This document shows, one piece after another, positions 8,399 through 17,541 of a DNA stretch of 64,000 bases; positions within the stretch are counted from its first letter, which is position 1, and every line of letters starts with the position of its first letter. The notes under the pieces were generated by a model. It saw nothing but the letters and a program-made list of their open reading frames with translations. It made no database searches and was not told the origin of the DNA. The position numbers and the translations under genes were made by a program. This stretch comes from Gemmatimonadales bacterium (GTDB taxonomy: Bacteria > Gemmatimonadota > Gemmatimonadetes > Gemmatimonadales > GWC2-71-9), in NCBI GenBank assembly GCA_035538515.1, contig DATLKF010000018.1:69760-133759 (forward strand). The letters run 5' to 3'.

Positions 8399-9586
8399 GT
8401 GACCGACATCGCGTACCACCCGACGCGACTGCGCGCGTTGCGCGACCAGTTCCGCGCCCTCCGCGCCGCCGAGTTCCCCTGGACCGCCGACACCGTCTAC
8501 CTGAACAACGCCTCCATCGGTCCCATTCCCGAGCGCACGCGCCGGGCCCTGGACGAATTCACCGCCAAGCGCACCGCTCCGCATCTCCTCCCCGACCGCG
8601 AGCTGCAGGCGGGGCTGCAGGCGGCGCGCGCCGCGGTCGCCGCCTTGCTGAACGCCGAGCCCGATGAGATCGCCCTCGCTACCAACACGAGCCACGGTCT
8701 GACAATGGCCGCGCGTGCCCTGCCGCTCAAGCCTGGAGATGTCGTGCTCGTCTCCGACCGCGAGTTCCCGGCGAACGTCTACCCCTGGCTGCTGCTGCGA
8801 AAACAGGGCGTCGAGGTCGAGCTCGCGCCGTGCGTCCCCGAAGGCTGGCCGGACGAGGACTACCTCGCGGAGCGGTTGGACGACCCGCGCGTACGGGTGC
8901 TCGCGGTGTCGTTCGTGCAGTTCTCGAACGGATTCCGCGCCGATCTCGCGCGGCTCGGCGCCGCGTGCCGCGCCAACGGAACGTTCCTCGTAGTGGATGG
9001 GATTCAAGGCGTCGGCAATTCGGTGCTCGACGTGCACGAGACGGCGGTGGACATCCTGGCATGCGGCGGGCAGAAGTGGCTGCTCTCGCCATGGGGATCG
9101 GGGTTCGTGTACGTGCGGCGGGAGCTGATCTCCGCGCTCGAGCCCGCGGTGACCGGGTGGATGGCGTTCGAGGGCACCGACGATTTCTCGCGGCTCACCG
9201 AGTACGACCCCACCTTCCGCCCCGACGCCCGCCGCTTCGAAATGGTGACGCTACCGTACCAGGACTTCTACGGCATGACCGCTTCGGTGGGCATGCTCAC
9301 CGAGCGGGGGATGCACGATATCGCGCAATACACCCGGGCGTTGCACGAGCCGATGCTCAAATGGGCCGACGAGAGCGGCGTCGCGGTCGCCTCGCCGCGC
9401 GAGGACCAGCATCGCTCGGCCATCGTGTGCCTCGCCCCCGCGCACCCGGTGGAGGCGTACCACGCCCTCAAGCGGGCGCACGTCGTGTGCTCGCTGCGGG
9501 AGGGCGCGATCCGCTTCGCGCCGCACTGCTACAATACGGTCGAAGAGATGGAGCGGGTGCTGGATGTGCTGGATCAGCTTGAGTAG
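8399..9586 (+). CDS. Class V aminotransferase (cysteine desulfurase / selenocysteine lyase-like fold)
   Basis: 395-aa ORF. It begins YLNNASIGPIPERTRRAL and has the Lys-region ILACGGQKWLLSPWGSGFVYV typical of class V PLP enzymes. Confidence 0.8.
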   Translation: MTDIAYHPTRLRALRDQFRALRAAEFPWTADTVYLNNASIGPIPERTRRALDEFTAKRTAPHLLPDRELQAGLQAARAAVAALLNAEPDEIALATNTSHGLTMAARALPLKPGDVVLVSDREFPANVYPWLLLRKQGVEVELAPCVPEGWPDEDYLAERLDDPRVRVLAVSFVQFSNGFRADLARLGAACRANGTFLVVDGIQGVGNSVLDVHETAVDILACGGQKWLLSPWGSGFVYVRRELISALEPAVTGWMAFEGTDDFSRLTEYDPTFRPDARRFEMVTLPYQDFYGMTASVGMLTERGMHDIAQYTRALHEPMLKWADESGVAVASPREDQHRSAIVCLAPAHPVEAYHALKRAHVVCSLREGAIRFAPHCYNTVEEMERVLDVLDQLE

Positions 9587-9605
9587 ATAACTGCGTCACA
9601 CGCCG

Positions 9606-9671
9606 CCACGACGCCACGTTGCATGAGTGCGCACGGGATCAACCGTGGAACGTGGCCTCGTGGCGTCGTGG
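9606..9671. repeat. Hairpin with CGTGG-type 8-nt units (weaker family member, locus O)
   Basis: ccacgacgcca (9606-9616) pairs perfectly with tggcgtcgtgg (9661-9671). The right arm reads as the units aaccgtgg/aacgtggc/ctcgtggc/gtcgtgg. It overlaps the last codons of the minus-strand membrane-protein gene. Confidence 0.4.
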
Positions 9672-10322
9672 AACGACTTCCCGATGTTTATCCCCCCACC
9701 CCGCCCAGGCCACGAATAGCCAGCCGAACAGCAGCCCCCCGATGCCGAGGGCCGTCGTCGTGGGTGGCGGCGGGCTGAAGAGGGACGCCGCGTACGAGGC
9801 GACGAGGAGCGCGATCAGCGCGCCAAAACCGTAGCGACCCACCGCATCGCGTGCTCGCGTCATCTCGAGATAGATCCACAACGCCGCGCCAAACATCGCC
9901 GCCTCGACCAGCACGGTTCCGCCGACATGATTCCAGAGTCCGAGTCCCACGCGAGGCCCCCCTCCGGGGTAGAGCGGCATGTCCGGGACGTGCGTGACCC
10001 AGTCGAGTACCCAATGGCTCACGACGAGCAGGGCGACGATCAACGCGCCATGGGCATAGCTGGTGCGGGCGCGATACCAGAGCGCGAACAACGCCGCCCA
10101 CGCGAGCAGCGTGAGCAGGCTGTGCGAGATCGGGTACGCGTCGAAAGTGAGGTTGAGGAACGGATTGGGCCCGCCGGTGATGCGCACCCGCTCCCATCCG
10201 GTCAATACGAACGCCGGCCAGACCAGGTCCGCGAGGGTGGCGGCGGCGAACAGCGTGCCGAGCGAGGTTCGCGGCGCGGCGCGCTTGGCGGCGAGCGCGA
10301 CGGCGTAGTGCCCGATGAACAT
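9639..10322 (-). CDS. Polytopic membrane protein (possibly YdjM/DUF457-like membrane hydrolase)
   Basis: 227-aa ORF starting MFIGHYAVALAAKR, with 6-7 hydrophobic segments and conserved-looking His/Asp (SHWVLDWVTH). The functional assignment is weak. Confidence 0.6.
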   Translation of the reverse strand: MFIGHYAVALAAKRAAPRTSLGTLFAAATLADLVWPAFVLTGWERVRITGGPNPFLNLTFDAYPISHSLLTLLAWAALFALWYRARTSYAHGALIVALLVVSHWVLDWVTHVPDMPLYPGGGPRVGLGLWNHVGGTVLVEAAMFGAALWIYLEMTRARDAVGRYGFGALIALLVASYAASLFSPPPPTTTALGIGGLLFGWLFVAWAGWGDKHREVVPRRHEATFHG

Positions 10323-10328
10323 TCGGTC

Positions 10329-11591
10329 TCAGCCGGCCAATCGCAGCAGGGCGTAGTCCTTCTTGCCCTTGCGCAGCAGCACGTTTTGGTCAGCGAGCCA
10401 GTCGCCGGGCTCGATCCGACGGTCGACTTCCTTCACGCGCTGTTGGTTCAGGTAGACGCCGCCCTGCTCGATCGAGCGCCGGGCCTCGCTCTTCGATTGC
10501 GCGAGCCCGGCTTGTACGACGGCGTCAACCAGGTTGAGCGTGTCCCTACTCGACACGATCGTGGTCGGGATCTCACGGGCGAGGGTGTCGAACACACGGC
10601 GGTCGGCGGCGTGCGGATCGAAGTCGCCGAACAAGACTTCCGAGGCGACGCCGGCGGCACGGGCCGCGTCGCCGTGCACCAGGGTGGTGACGCTCATCGC
10701 TAGTCGTTTTTGCGCCTCGCGCCGGCTGGGATCCTTGTGATGGGATCGAATCAGCGCCTTGATCTCGTCCTCGGCCAGGTCGGTGAACGGCTTGAGATAC
10801 TGTTCCACATCTCGATCGTCGGTGTTGACCCAGAATTGGTACAACTGGTAGGGTGAGGTGAGCTCGGGATCGAGCCAGACGGCGCCCGTCGCGGTCTTCC
10901 CGAACTTCGCTCCCGCCGCCGTGGTGAATAGGGGGGCAACGAGCCCATGCGCCTCGCCACCTGCCACCCGGCGGATCAGGTCGATCCCCGCGGTGATGTT
11001 GCCCCATTGATCGCTCCCACCCACCTGAATCGTGCACTGGTGCGTGCGGAACAGATGCAGGAAATCGTAAGCCTGCAGCAACATGTAGCTGAATTCGGTG
11101 TAGGAGATGCCGCTGTCGAGGCGCGCTTTCACCGACTCCTTCTGCAGCATGACGTTCACGCTGAAGTGCTTGCCGATGTCGCGCAGGAAGTCGACGAGGC
11201 GCTGCTCGACGAGCCAGTCGGCGTTGTTGAGCACGAGGGCGCGCGTGTCTTTCGAGTCGAAGTCGAACAGGCGTCCCAGCTGGTCGCGCTGGCGATGCAC
11301 GTTCTGGCGGATCTCATCCTTGGAGAGCAGCGGACGCTCGGTCTGCTTGCCGCTGGGATCGCCGATGAGCCCGGTGCCGCCGCCCATCAAGACGATGGGC
11401 CGGTGGCCGTGGAGTTGGAATCGCCGCAGCAGCATCAGCGGCATCAGGTTGCCGACCTGGAAGCTGGGGGCCGTGGGATCGAAGCCGCAGTACACGGACC
11501 GCCGCTCAGCGAAGTGGCGCTCGATGTGCTGCGTCGCTTGTGCAAGGAACCCACGCCACTTGAGCTCGGCGAAGAGGTCTGACATGGACAT
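10329..11591 (-). CDS. tyrS: Tyrosyl-tRNA synthetase
   Basis: It carries YCGFDPTAPSFQVGNLMPL (the HIGH-region position), GGGTGLIGDPSGK, the KMSKS-equivalent KFGKT and a C-terminal S4-like domain. The start was chosen at MSMSDLF; the track ORF begins 27 nt further upstream. Confidence 0.9.
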   Translation of the reverse strand: MSMSDLFAELKWRGFLAQATQHIERHFAERRSVYCGFDPTAPSFQVGNLMPLMLLRRFQLHGHRPIVLMGGGTGLIGDPSGKQTERPLLSKDEIRQNVHRQRDQLGRLFDFDSKDTRALVLNNADWLVEQRLVDFLRDIGKHFSVNVMLQKESVKARLDSGISYTEFSYMLLQAYDFLHLFRTHQCTIQVGGSDQWGNITAGIDLIRRVAGGEAHGLVAPLFTTAAGAKFGKTATGAVWLDPELTSPYQLYQFWVNTDDRDVEQYLKPFTDLAEDEIKALIRSHHKDPSRREAQKRLAMSVTTLVHGDAARAAGVASEVLFGDFDPHAADRRVFDTLAREIPTTIVSSRDTLNLVDAVVQAGLAQSKSEARRSIEQGGVYLNQQRVKEVDRRIEPGDWLADQNVLLRKGKKDYALLRLAG

Positions 11592-11659
11592 GGCGCGGAA
11601 TCGTACGGGAACCCCCAACCGCTGGCAAGCGCTGGACGCCCTTACTAGGTTGTAGCGCG

Positions 11660-13846
11660 ATGGCCTCCATCCCCGCGCCCCCCCCTTCGCCGCCGGTCGC
11701 CCTTCCGTGGCTCCGAGGGTGGTGGCAGGACCCTACGCATCGCCGGCGCACGATCGCGGTCGCGGTGCTGGCGTGCGCGTACGGCCTGGGGCTCTCGTAC
11801 GGCGCGTGGACCCGCGTGTGCGCGGGCGAGCACTGCCCCAGCATCTCGCGCCTGTACGCCAACGGGAGCGGCGGCGGTGGGGTGCAAGTGCAGACGTCCA
11901 AGGTGTTCGCCGCCGACGGCCGGCTGATCAGCGAGCTGGGGGCGGAGCGGCGCACCGTGATCCCCCTCGCCGAAATCCCGCTGGCGGTACGCCAGGCGTT
12001 CATCGCCACCGAGGACAAGCGGTTCTACGACCACCATGGGATCGACTTCTGGCGCATCTTTGGCGCCATCAAGAACGATCTCTTCACGCTCAGCTTCGCG
12101 CAGGGCTTCTCCACCATCACGATGCAGCTGGCGCGAAACATCTTTCCGGAGGAGATCAGCCGCGAAAAGACACTCACCCGCAAGCTGAAGGAGGCGCGCG
12201 TCGCGGCCGAGATCGAGCACAACTTCCCGAAGGACACGATCCTCCAGCTCTACCTCAATCAGATCAACCTCGGCGCCGGCGCCCACGGTGTCGAGGCGGC
12301 GGCCCAGATCTACTTCGGCAAGCACGCGCAACAGCTCAACGTGGCGGAGGCCGCGACCCTCGCGGCGCTTCCGAAGCTGCCGGCGTTCTATAACCCGCGT
12401 ACACATCCGGAGCGCGCCGTGCGCCGGCGCAACGTGGTGCTCGGGCTGATGCGCGAGCAGGGCTTCCTCACGCCCGAAGAGGTGGAGTTGTGGAAGGCGT
12501 ATCCACTCGTCCTCACCGGCCACCGCACCAACTATGGTGACGTCGCGCCGTACTTCGTCGAATGGCTGCGCGTACAGCTCGACGCGCGCTTCGGGCGGGA
12601 TCTGTACGAGGGCGGGCTGCGCATCTATACCACTCTCGACCTCGACATGCAGGAAGCGGCGGAGCGGGCGCTGCAGTCGCAGCTCGATGCGATCGAGGCA
12701 GGGGTGTACTCGAACGGCAAGTTCCCCGGGCGTACCACGTACCGTGAGTACATTGAGTCGGGCAAGGGGCTCGGGGAAGACCACCCCTTCACCAACTATC
12801 TGCAGGGTGCACTCGTCGCGCTGGACGCGAACACCGGATACATCCGGGCGATGATCGGCGGCAGAGACTTCGACGACTCCAAGTACAACCGCGCCACCCA
12901 GGCGATCCGGCAGCCCGGCTCGACCTTCAAGCCGTTCGTCTACTCCGCGGCCGTGCGCGCGGGACACCCGGTAACCGAGATCCTCGACGACTCGCCGCTC
13001 AATCCGCCGGTGATCCAGCTCGACTCGACCCTGTGGCAGCCGAAGGACGACGACGATACCACGCTCGGGCTGATCCCGATGCGCGAGGCGCTGTACCTGT
13101 CGCGCAATCTCGCGACGATCAAGCTCGGCATGACGCTGGGCGAGCAGACCGTGATCGGGGAGGCGCGTCGCTACGGGATCACCACGCCGCTGCCGCCCTA
13201 CCCATCGATCCATATCGGCGCGAAGGGTGTCCGGCCCATTGAGATGATCGCCGCCTACACCGCGTTCGCCACGCTGGGCACGCGCGCCGAGTACGTCGGG
13301 ATCCTGCGAGTGGAAGACCGCCAGGGCAACATCCTGTGGCAGCCGGCGATCCGCCGCGAGCCGGTGATGGACCCCGAGCACACGTGGCTGATGGTGGACA
13401 TGATGAAGGACGTGATCCGGCGCGGGACGGCGTTCAGCGCGGTGTGGAAGGCGGGCTTCACGCTCCCTGCGGCCGGGAAGACGGGCACCACCGACGACTA
13501 CACCGACGCGTGGTTCATCGGGTACACGCCGGAGCTCGTGGCCGGTATCTGGATCGGCTACGATCTGCAGCAGCGCATCCTCGAGCACAACGCCGGGGGC
13601 GGCAGGATCGTCGCACCCGCCTGGACGGCGTTCATGCGCGACGTGTACGACCGCCGGCCGTCGCCGGCTGACTGGGAGAGGCCCGACTCGCTCATCACGC
13701 GCGAGGTGGACTGGTCGAACGGCTACCTCGCGACGCCGTTCTGCCCGCAGGAGGTGCGGCACTGGGACTGGTTCTATCCCGGCACCGAGCCGACGCAAGC
13801 CTGTCCGGTGCATACGCCGCTTGGCGGTATTGGAGTGTCGCCGTGA
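11660..13846 (+). CDS. mrcA: Penicillin-binding protein 1A (bifunctional transglycosylase/transpeptidase)
   Basis: The GT51 motifs are RQAFIATEDKRFYDHHGID and RKLKEA. The transpeptidase motifs are STFKP, SRN and KTGTT. An N-terminal TM anchor is present. Confidence 0.9.
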   Translation: MASIPAPPPSPPVALPWLRGWWQDPTHRRRTIAVAVLACAYGLGLSYGAWTRVCAGEHCPSISRLYANGSGGGGVQVQTSKVFAADGRLISELGAERRTVIPLAEIPLAVRQAFIATEDKRFYDHHGIDFWRIFGAIKNDLFTLSFAQGFSTITMQLARNIFPEEISREKTLTRKLKEARVAAEIEHNFPKDTILQLYLNQINLGAGAHGVEAAAQIYFGKHAQQLNVAEAATLAALPKLPAFYNPRTHPERAVRRRNVVLGLMREQGFLTPEEVELWKAYPLVLTGHRTNYGDVAPYFVEWLRVQLDARFGRDLYEGGLRIYTTLDLDMQEAAERALQSQLDAIEAGVYSNGKFPGRTTYREYIESGKGLGEDHPFTNYLQGALVALDANTGYIRAMIGGRDFDDSKYNRATQAIRQPGSTFKPFVYSAAVRAGHPVTEILDDSPLNPPVIQLDSTLWQPKDDDDTTLGLIPMREALYLSRNLATIKLGMTLGEQTVIGEARRYGITTPLPPYPSIHIGAKGVRPIEMIAAYTAFATLGTRAEYVGILRVEDRQGNILWQPAIRREPVMDPEHTWLMVDMMKDVIRRGTAFSAVWKAGFTLPAAGKTGTTDDYTDAWFIGYTPELVAGIWIGYDLQQRILEHNAGGGRIVAPAWTAFMRDVYDRRPSPADWERPDSLITREVDWSNGYLATPFCPQEVRHWDWFYPGTEPTQACPVHTPLGGIGVSP

Positions 13847-13918
13847 GGGACTCGGGCCTCGGGGTTAGGGGCTAGGGGGTGGACACCCTAGCCCCTAGCC
13901 CCTGACCCCGAGCCCCTC
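13847..13918. repeat. Hairpin of tandem 7-nt units (GGGCTCG/GGGCTAG family), locus B
   Basis: The left arm is gggactcgggcctcggggttaggggctaggggg, the loop is tggacac, and the right arm is cctagcccctagcccctgaccccgagcccctc. It starts at the PBP1A stop and ends 3 nt before the ATG at 13922. Confidence 0.8.
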
Positions 13919-13921
13919 GGC

Positions 13922-15118
13922 ATGCTGCGCATCTCCGCCCGCTCCGTGCATCCCGTCACGGCGCCGCCCATCGAAGACGGCGCCGTTCTCGTTGACGATC
14001 ATGGCACCATCGCGGCCGTCGGTCCCGAAACCCTCGTCCCCAATCCGCCTGACGCGAGGCGCCTCGCGTTTCCAGATGCGAGCGTCGTTCCTGGCCTCGT
14101 GAACACACACACACACTTCGAGCTCACGCACCTGGCGGGGAAGAACAAGCAGCGCGAGTTCGCGGTGTGGATCCGAGCGATCCGCGCGTTGAAAGACGCG
14201 ACCACGCCGGAGCAGTTCGACCGCGCGGCGGAGCGGGGGGTGCGAGCCGCGTGGGCCGCTGGGGTGACGTGTGTGGCGGACACCGGCAGCACCGGGGCGC
14301 CGTTTGCCGCGCTGGCTCGCCTTGGGGGGCGGGGAATCTATTATCAGGAAGTATTCGGTCCCGATCCTGCGAAATGCGCCACGAGCATGGCGGAGCTCGA
14401 GACCGCGCTCGAGCGCCTGCGGCCGCTGTGCTCGGACCGCGTGCGTCTCGGCGTCTCGCCCCACGCGCCCTACACGGTGAGCGAGCCGCTCTACCGAGCG
14501 GTCGCCGGCCTGGCGCGGCGCGAGGAGCTACCGCTGGCCCTGCACCTCGCCGAATCGCGAGCGGAGACCGAGCTCGTGCGCGACGGGGGCGGTCCATTGG
14601 CGGAGGCCCTGCGCGCCCGGGGAATTCCGGTCACGGCCCGAAGGTGCTCGCCGGTCCAGTATCTCTTGCAACTTGGGGTCTTGGAACGTGCAACGGGGTG
14701 GTTGTGCATCCATTGTATCCAGGTGGATGAGCGGGACATCGCCACTCTGGCGGACGCAGGGGTGGGGGTGGCCCACTGCCCCCGCTCGAATCGTGCGCAC
14801 CGCCACGGCACCGCGCCCCTCGCCGAGTTCCGGCGGGCCGGCCTGCGCGTCGGTCTCGGAACCGACTCGGTGGTGAGCGTCGGGGATTCGAGTCTGTGGG
14901 CCGAGGCCACCGCCGCGGGGCTCGCCGGCGAAGACGCGTTGCGAATGCTGACGCTCGAAGGGGCGCGGGCGCTGGGGTTGGAGGACGAGATCGGCTCGCT
15001 CGACGTTGGCAAGCAAGCCGACCTGGCCGTGTTTCCCTCTACCGACCTCTACCGACCTCTCCCGCCCTCTACGGCCGCTCTTCTCACCGTCGTCGCCGGA
15101 CGGGTGGTTCACGGCTAG
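13922..15118 (+). CDS. Amidohydrolase-superfamily metal hydrolase (chlorohydrolase/deaminase type)
   Basis: PGLVNTHTHFELT is the HxH metal motif. It also has AESRAE, IHCIQV and a late GTDS motif. Confidence 0.8.
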   Translation: MLRISARSVHPVTAPPIEDGAVLVDDHGTIAAVGPETLVPNPPDARRLAFPDASVVPGLVNTHTHFELTHLAGKNKQREFAVWIRAIRALKDATTPEQFDRAAERGVRAAWAAGVTCVADTGSTGAPFAALARLGGRGIYYQEVFGPDPAKCATSMAELETALERLRPLCSDRVRLGVSPHAPYTVSEPLYRAVAGLARREELPLALHLAESRAETELVRDGGGPLAEALRARGIPVTARRCSPVQYLLQLGVLERATGWLCIHCIQVDERDIATLADAGVGVAHCPRSNRAHRHGTAPLAEFRRAGLRVGLGTDSVVSVGDSSLWAEATAAGLAGEDALRMLTLEGARALGLEDEIGSLDVGKQADLAVFPSTDLYRPLPPSTAALLTVVAGRVVHG

Positions 15119-15129
15119 ATTCTGGCCCC

Positions 15130-15588
15130 ATGAAAACCCAGCGGCACGCCGCCATCCTCAAAATCGTGCGGACCGCGACGGTGGCGAGTCAGGAGCGACT
15201 GCGCGAGCTTCTGAAAGCCGATGGCTTCGATGTGACGCAAGCAACGCTGTCGCGCGACATCCGCGAGCTAGGGCTCGCCAAGGTCGCGGCGCCGGACGGC
15301 GGGTCGCACTACGCGTCGCCCCCCGAAACCAGCACCGCGATCCGACCTCACCTCGAGCAGCTCCTGCCTACGCTACTGGTATCAGTCGACGGCGTGGGAC
15401 CACTGCTCGTGGTAAAAACCCCTGCGGGGGGCGCGCAAGCGCTGGGACTCGCGCTCGACGCGGCCGGCTGGAACGAAATCATCGGAACGATCGCGGGCGA
15501 CGATGCTGTACTCGTGATTACGAGAAGCGAGCGCGCTCGCCGCGCCGTGCATACCCGCCTCAAGGAGCTCGCCGGACTTCCGGCTTGA
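15130..15588 (+). CDS. argR: Arginine repressor
   Basis: MKTQRHAAILKIVRTATVASQERLRELLKADGFDVTQATLSRDIRELGL is the winged-helix N-terminus of ArgR/AhrC. The C-terminal GTIAGDDAVLV is the arginine-binding core. The ATG at 15130 lies inside the longer track ORF 14896..15588. Confidence 0.85.
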   Translation: MKTQRHAAILKIVRTATVASQERLRELLKADGFDVTQATLSRDIRELGLAKVAAPDGGSHYASPPETSTAIRPHLEQLLPTLLVSVDGVGPLLVVKTPAGGAQALGLALDAAGWNEIIGTIAGDDAVLVITRSERARRAVHTRLKELAGLPA

Positions 15589-15604
15589 CACCAAGGAGAC
15601 CGCG

Positions 15605-16309
15605 ATGACGAGTCGAACGATCGTGACCGTAGTTGTGTGGAACCTGGCTGCTGCGCTGGCCCCGCTTTACGGCCAGGGCCCACATAACAACCTGACGTCG
15701 GAGGAGAAGGCGGGGGGGTGGCGGCTGTTGTTCGACGGCAAGACCACCGATGGCTGGCGCGGGTGGAAGATGGACACGTTGCCGTCCGGGTGGCAGGTGG
15801 TGGACGGTGCGCTCACGCGCGTCCGCCCCGCGGCCGACATCATCACCAAAGACAAGTTCAAGGACTTCGAGCTGACGCTCGAATGGAAGATCGCCCCGGG
15901 CGGCAACAGCGGGATCTTCTACCGGGCGAGCGAGGACGACGACGCGATCTACTGGAGCGCGCCGGAGATGCAGGTGCTGGACGACGCCAGGCATCCCGAC
16001 GGGAAGTCGCGCCTGACGGCAGCCGGCGCCGACTACGGGCTGTATCCCGCGCCCGCCGGCGTCGTGAAGCCCGCGAACCAGTGGAATAGGGTGCGCCTCG
16101 TGGTGCAAGGGAATCATGTGGAGCATTGGCTCAACGGCATGAAGGTGGTCGAGTACGAGCTGGGAAGCCCGGATTGGGAGGCCAAAGTGAAGGCGAGCAA
16201 ATTCGCCCCTCACGAACACTACGGGCGCGTCCCCGAGGGCTACATCGGTCTGCAGGAGCACGACGCGAGGGTGGCCTACCGCGACATCAAGATCCGGGTG
16301 CTGCCGTGA
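15605..16309 (+). CDS. Secreted DUF1080 (3-keto-disaccharide hydrolase-like) protein
   Basis: It has a signal peptide, then GWRLLFDGKTTDGWRGW, GNSGIFYRA, APEMQVLDD and GYIGLQEHDARVAYRDIKIRVL, the characteristic DUF1080 pattern. Confidence 0.8.
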   Translation: MTSRTIVTVVVWNLAAALAPLYGQGPHNNLTSEEKAGGWRLLFDGKTTDGWRGWKMDTLPSGWQVVDGALTRVRPAADIITKDKFKDFELTLEWKIAPGGNSGIFYRASEDDDAIYWSAPEMQVLDDARHPDGKSRLTAAGADYGLYPAPAGVVKPANQWNRVRLVVQGNHVEHWLNGMKVVEYELGSPDWEAKVKASKFAPHEHYGRVPEGYIGLQEHDARVAYRDIKIRVLP

Positions 16310-17541
16310 GCGTCCGCGCCAAGCTGTCGACGATGATGTTCCTGCAGTTCTTCATCTGGGGTGCCTGGTACACGACGATCGCCGTCTACATGACGCACCA
16401 CGGGATGGAGAAGCTGACGCACTGGCCGTATACGGTGAACCCGATCTCGGCCATCGTGGCGCCGTTTTTCCTGGGCCTCGTGGCCGACCGCTACTTCGCG
16501 ACCGAGAAAGTGCTGGGGGTGCTGCACATCCTGGGCGGGGTAGTGATGTACGTCGTGCCCCAGGCCACCGGCGCTCCGGTGTTGTTCATTCTCCTGCTGC
16601 TGCTTTACAACCTGTGCTACATGCCGACGCTCGGTCTCGCCAACAGCCTGGCGTTCCACCACATCCAGTCGCAGGAGCAACAGTTCCCCCTGATCCGAGT
16701 GTTCGGGACCATCGGCTGGATCGTCGCCGGTCTCTTCATTAGCTACTTGCTCGGTCCCCTGGTGGGGACCGTGGCAGAGCAGACGCCGCTCCCCGTGTAT
16801 ACGACCGCCACCGCGAGCATCCTCTTGGGATTGTTCGCGTTCACGCTTCCGCACACGCCCCCGCCGGGCGCTGGGCAACGCGTCTCGCTGCGCAGCATCG
16901 TCGGACTCGACGCGCTGGCGCAGCTCGGCGATCGCGCGTTCTACGTGTTCATCATCGCGTCGCTGCTCCTCTGCATCCCGCTCGCGGCGTACTACAACTT
17001 CACGCAGATCTTCCTCGGCGATGCCGGCGTCACGAAGATCGCGGCGACCCAAACGTGGGGCCAGATCTCCGAGACGGGATTCATGCTTCTCATGCCGCTG
17101 TTCTTCGCGCGGCTGGGCGTCAAGCGGATGCTGATGGTGGGCATGGGGGCGTGGACGTTGCGCTATGCGTTGTTCGCGATCGCGGCGCCCGCAGCCATCT
17201 TCCCACTCATCTTCATCGGGATCGTGCTGCACGGGGTCTGCTACGACTTTTTCTTCGTGACCGGTCAGATCTATGTGGACAAGAGGTCGACTCCGGCGGT
17301 GCGCGGCCAGGCGCAGGGATTCCTCGTGCTCGTCACCTACGGCGTCGGCATGCTGATCGGCGCACAGGTGGCCGGGAACGTCTACAACCGGCTGCTCGGC
17401 GGCGCCACGAGCCTGACCCTGGCGCGTTGGCCCAGCTTCTGGGTGCTCCCCGCCGGATTCGCGGCGGTGGTGCTGATCTTCTTCGCGGCATTGTTCAGAC
17501 CCGAAGCCGCGCGTGAGCCCACGGCGGGCTCGGTGAGATGA
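16306..17541 (+). CDS. NupG-like MFS nucleoside/glycoside:H+ symporter
   Basis: The GTG at 16306 overlaps the upstream stop. MMFLQFFIWGAWYTTIAVYM and LGLVADRYFATEKV parallel E. coli NupG SFLQFCLWGSWLTTLGSYM and LGIVADKWLSAKWV. It has 12 predicted TM segments. Confidence 0.75.
   Translation: MSVRAKLSTMMFLQFFIWGAWYTTIAVYMTHHGMEKLTHWPYTVNPISAIVAPFFLGLVADRYFATEKVLGVLHILGGVVMYVVPQATGAPVLFILLLLLYNLCYMPTLGLANSLAFHHIQSQEQQFPLIRVFGTIGWIVAGLFISYLLGPLVGTVAEQTPLPVYTTATASILLGLFAFTLPHTPPPGAGQRVSLRSIVGLDALAQLGDRAFYVFIIASLLLCIPLAAYYNFTQIFLGDAGVTKIAATQTWGQISETGFMLLMPLFFARLGVKRMLMVGMGAWTLRYALFAIAAPAAIFPLIFIGIVLHGVCYDFFFVTGQIYVDKRSTPAVRGQAQGFLVLVTYGVGMLIGAQVAGNVYNRLLGGATSLTLARWPSFWVLPAGFAAVVLIFFAALFRPEAAREPTAGSVR

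Noticed and set aside
11592-11659. T-box or other leader upstream of tyrS, TPP riboswitch upstream of thiE or the yjbQ-like gene, and glycine riboswitch upstream of kbl-tdh.
   Set aside because: The spacers are too short or occupied by coding sequence. I could not find the conserved cores, such as the T-box AGGGUGGNACCGCG or the TPP CUGAGA...ACCUGA.
11645-13813. 722-aa minus-strand ORF antisense to the PBP1A gene. Similar long antisense or out-of-frame ORFs occur at 42450..44264, 50553..52592, 50645..52171, 52178..53488, 5552..6517, 16276..17232, 17382..18932, 26077..27297, 28028..29191, 48860..49732, 54911..56443, 36255..37292, 37201..39075 and 23602..24846.
   Set aside because: They lie opposite, or out of frame to, genes with clear family motifs. 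Their translations are R/P/G/A/H-rich with no recognisable domains. This is the expected stop-codon-poor artefact of very GC-rich DNA.
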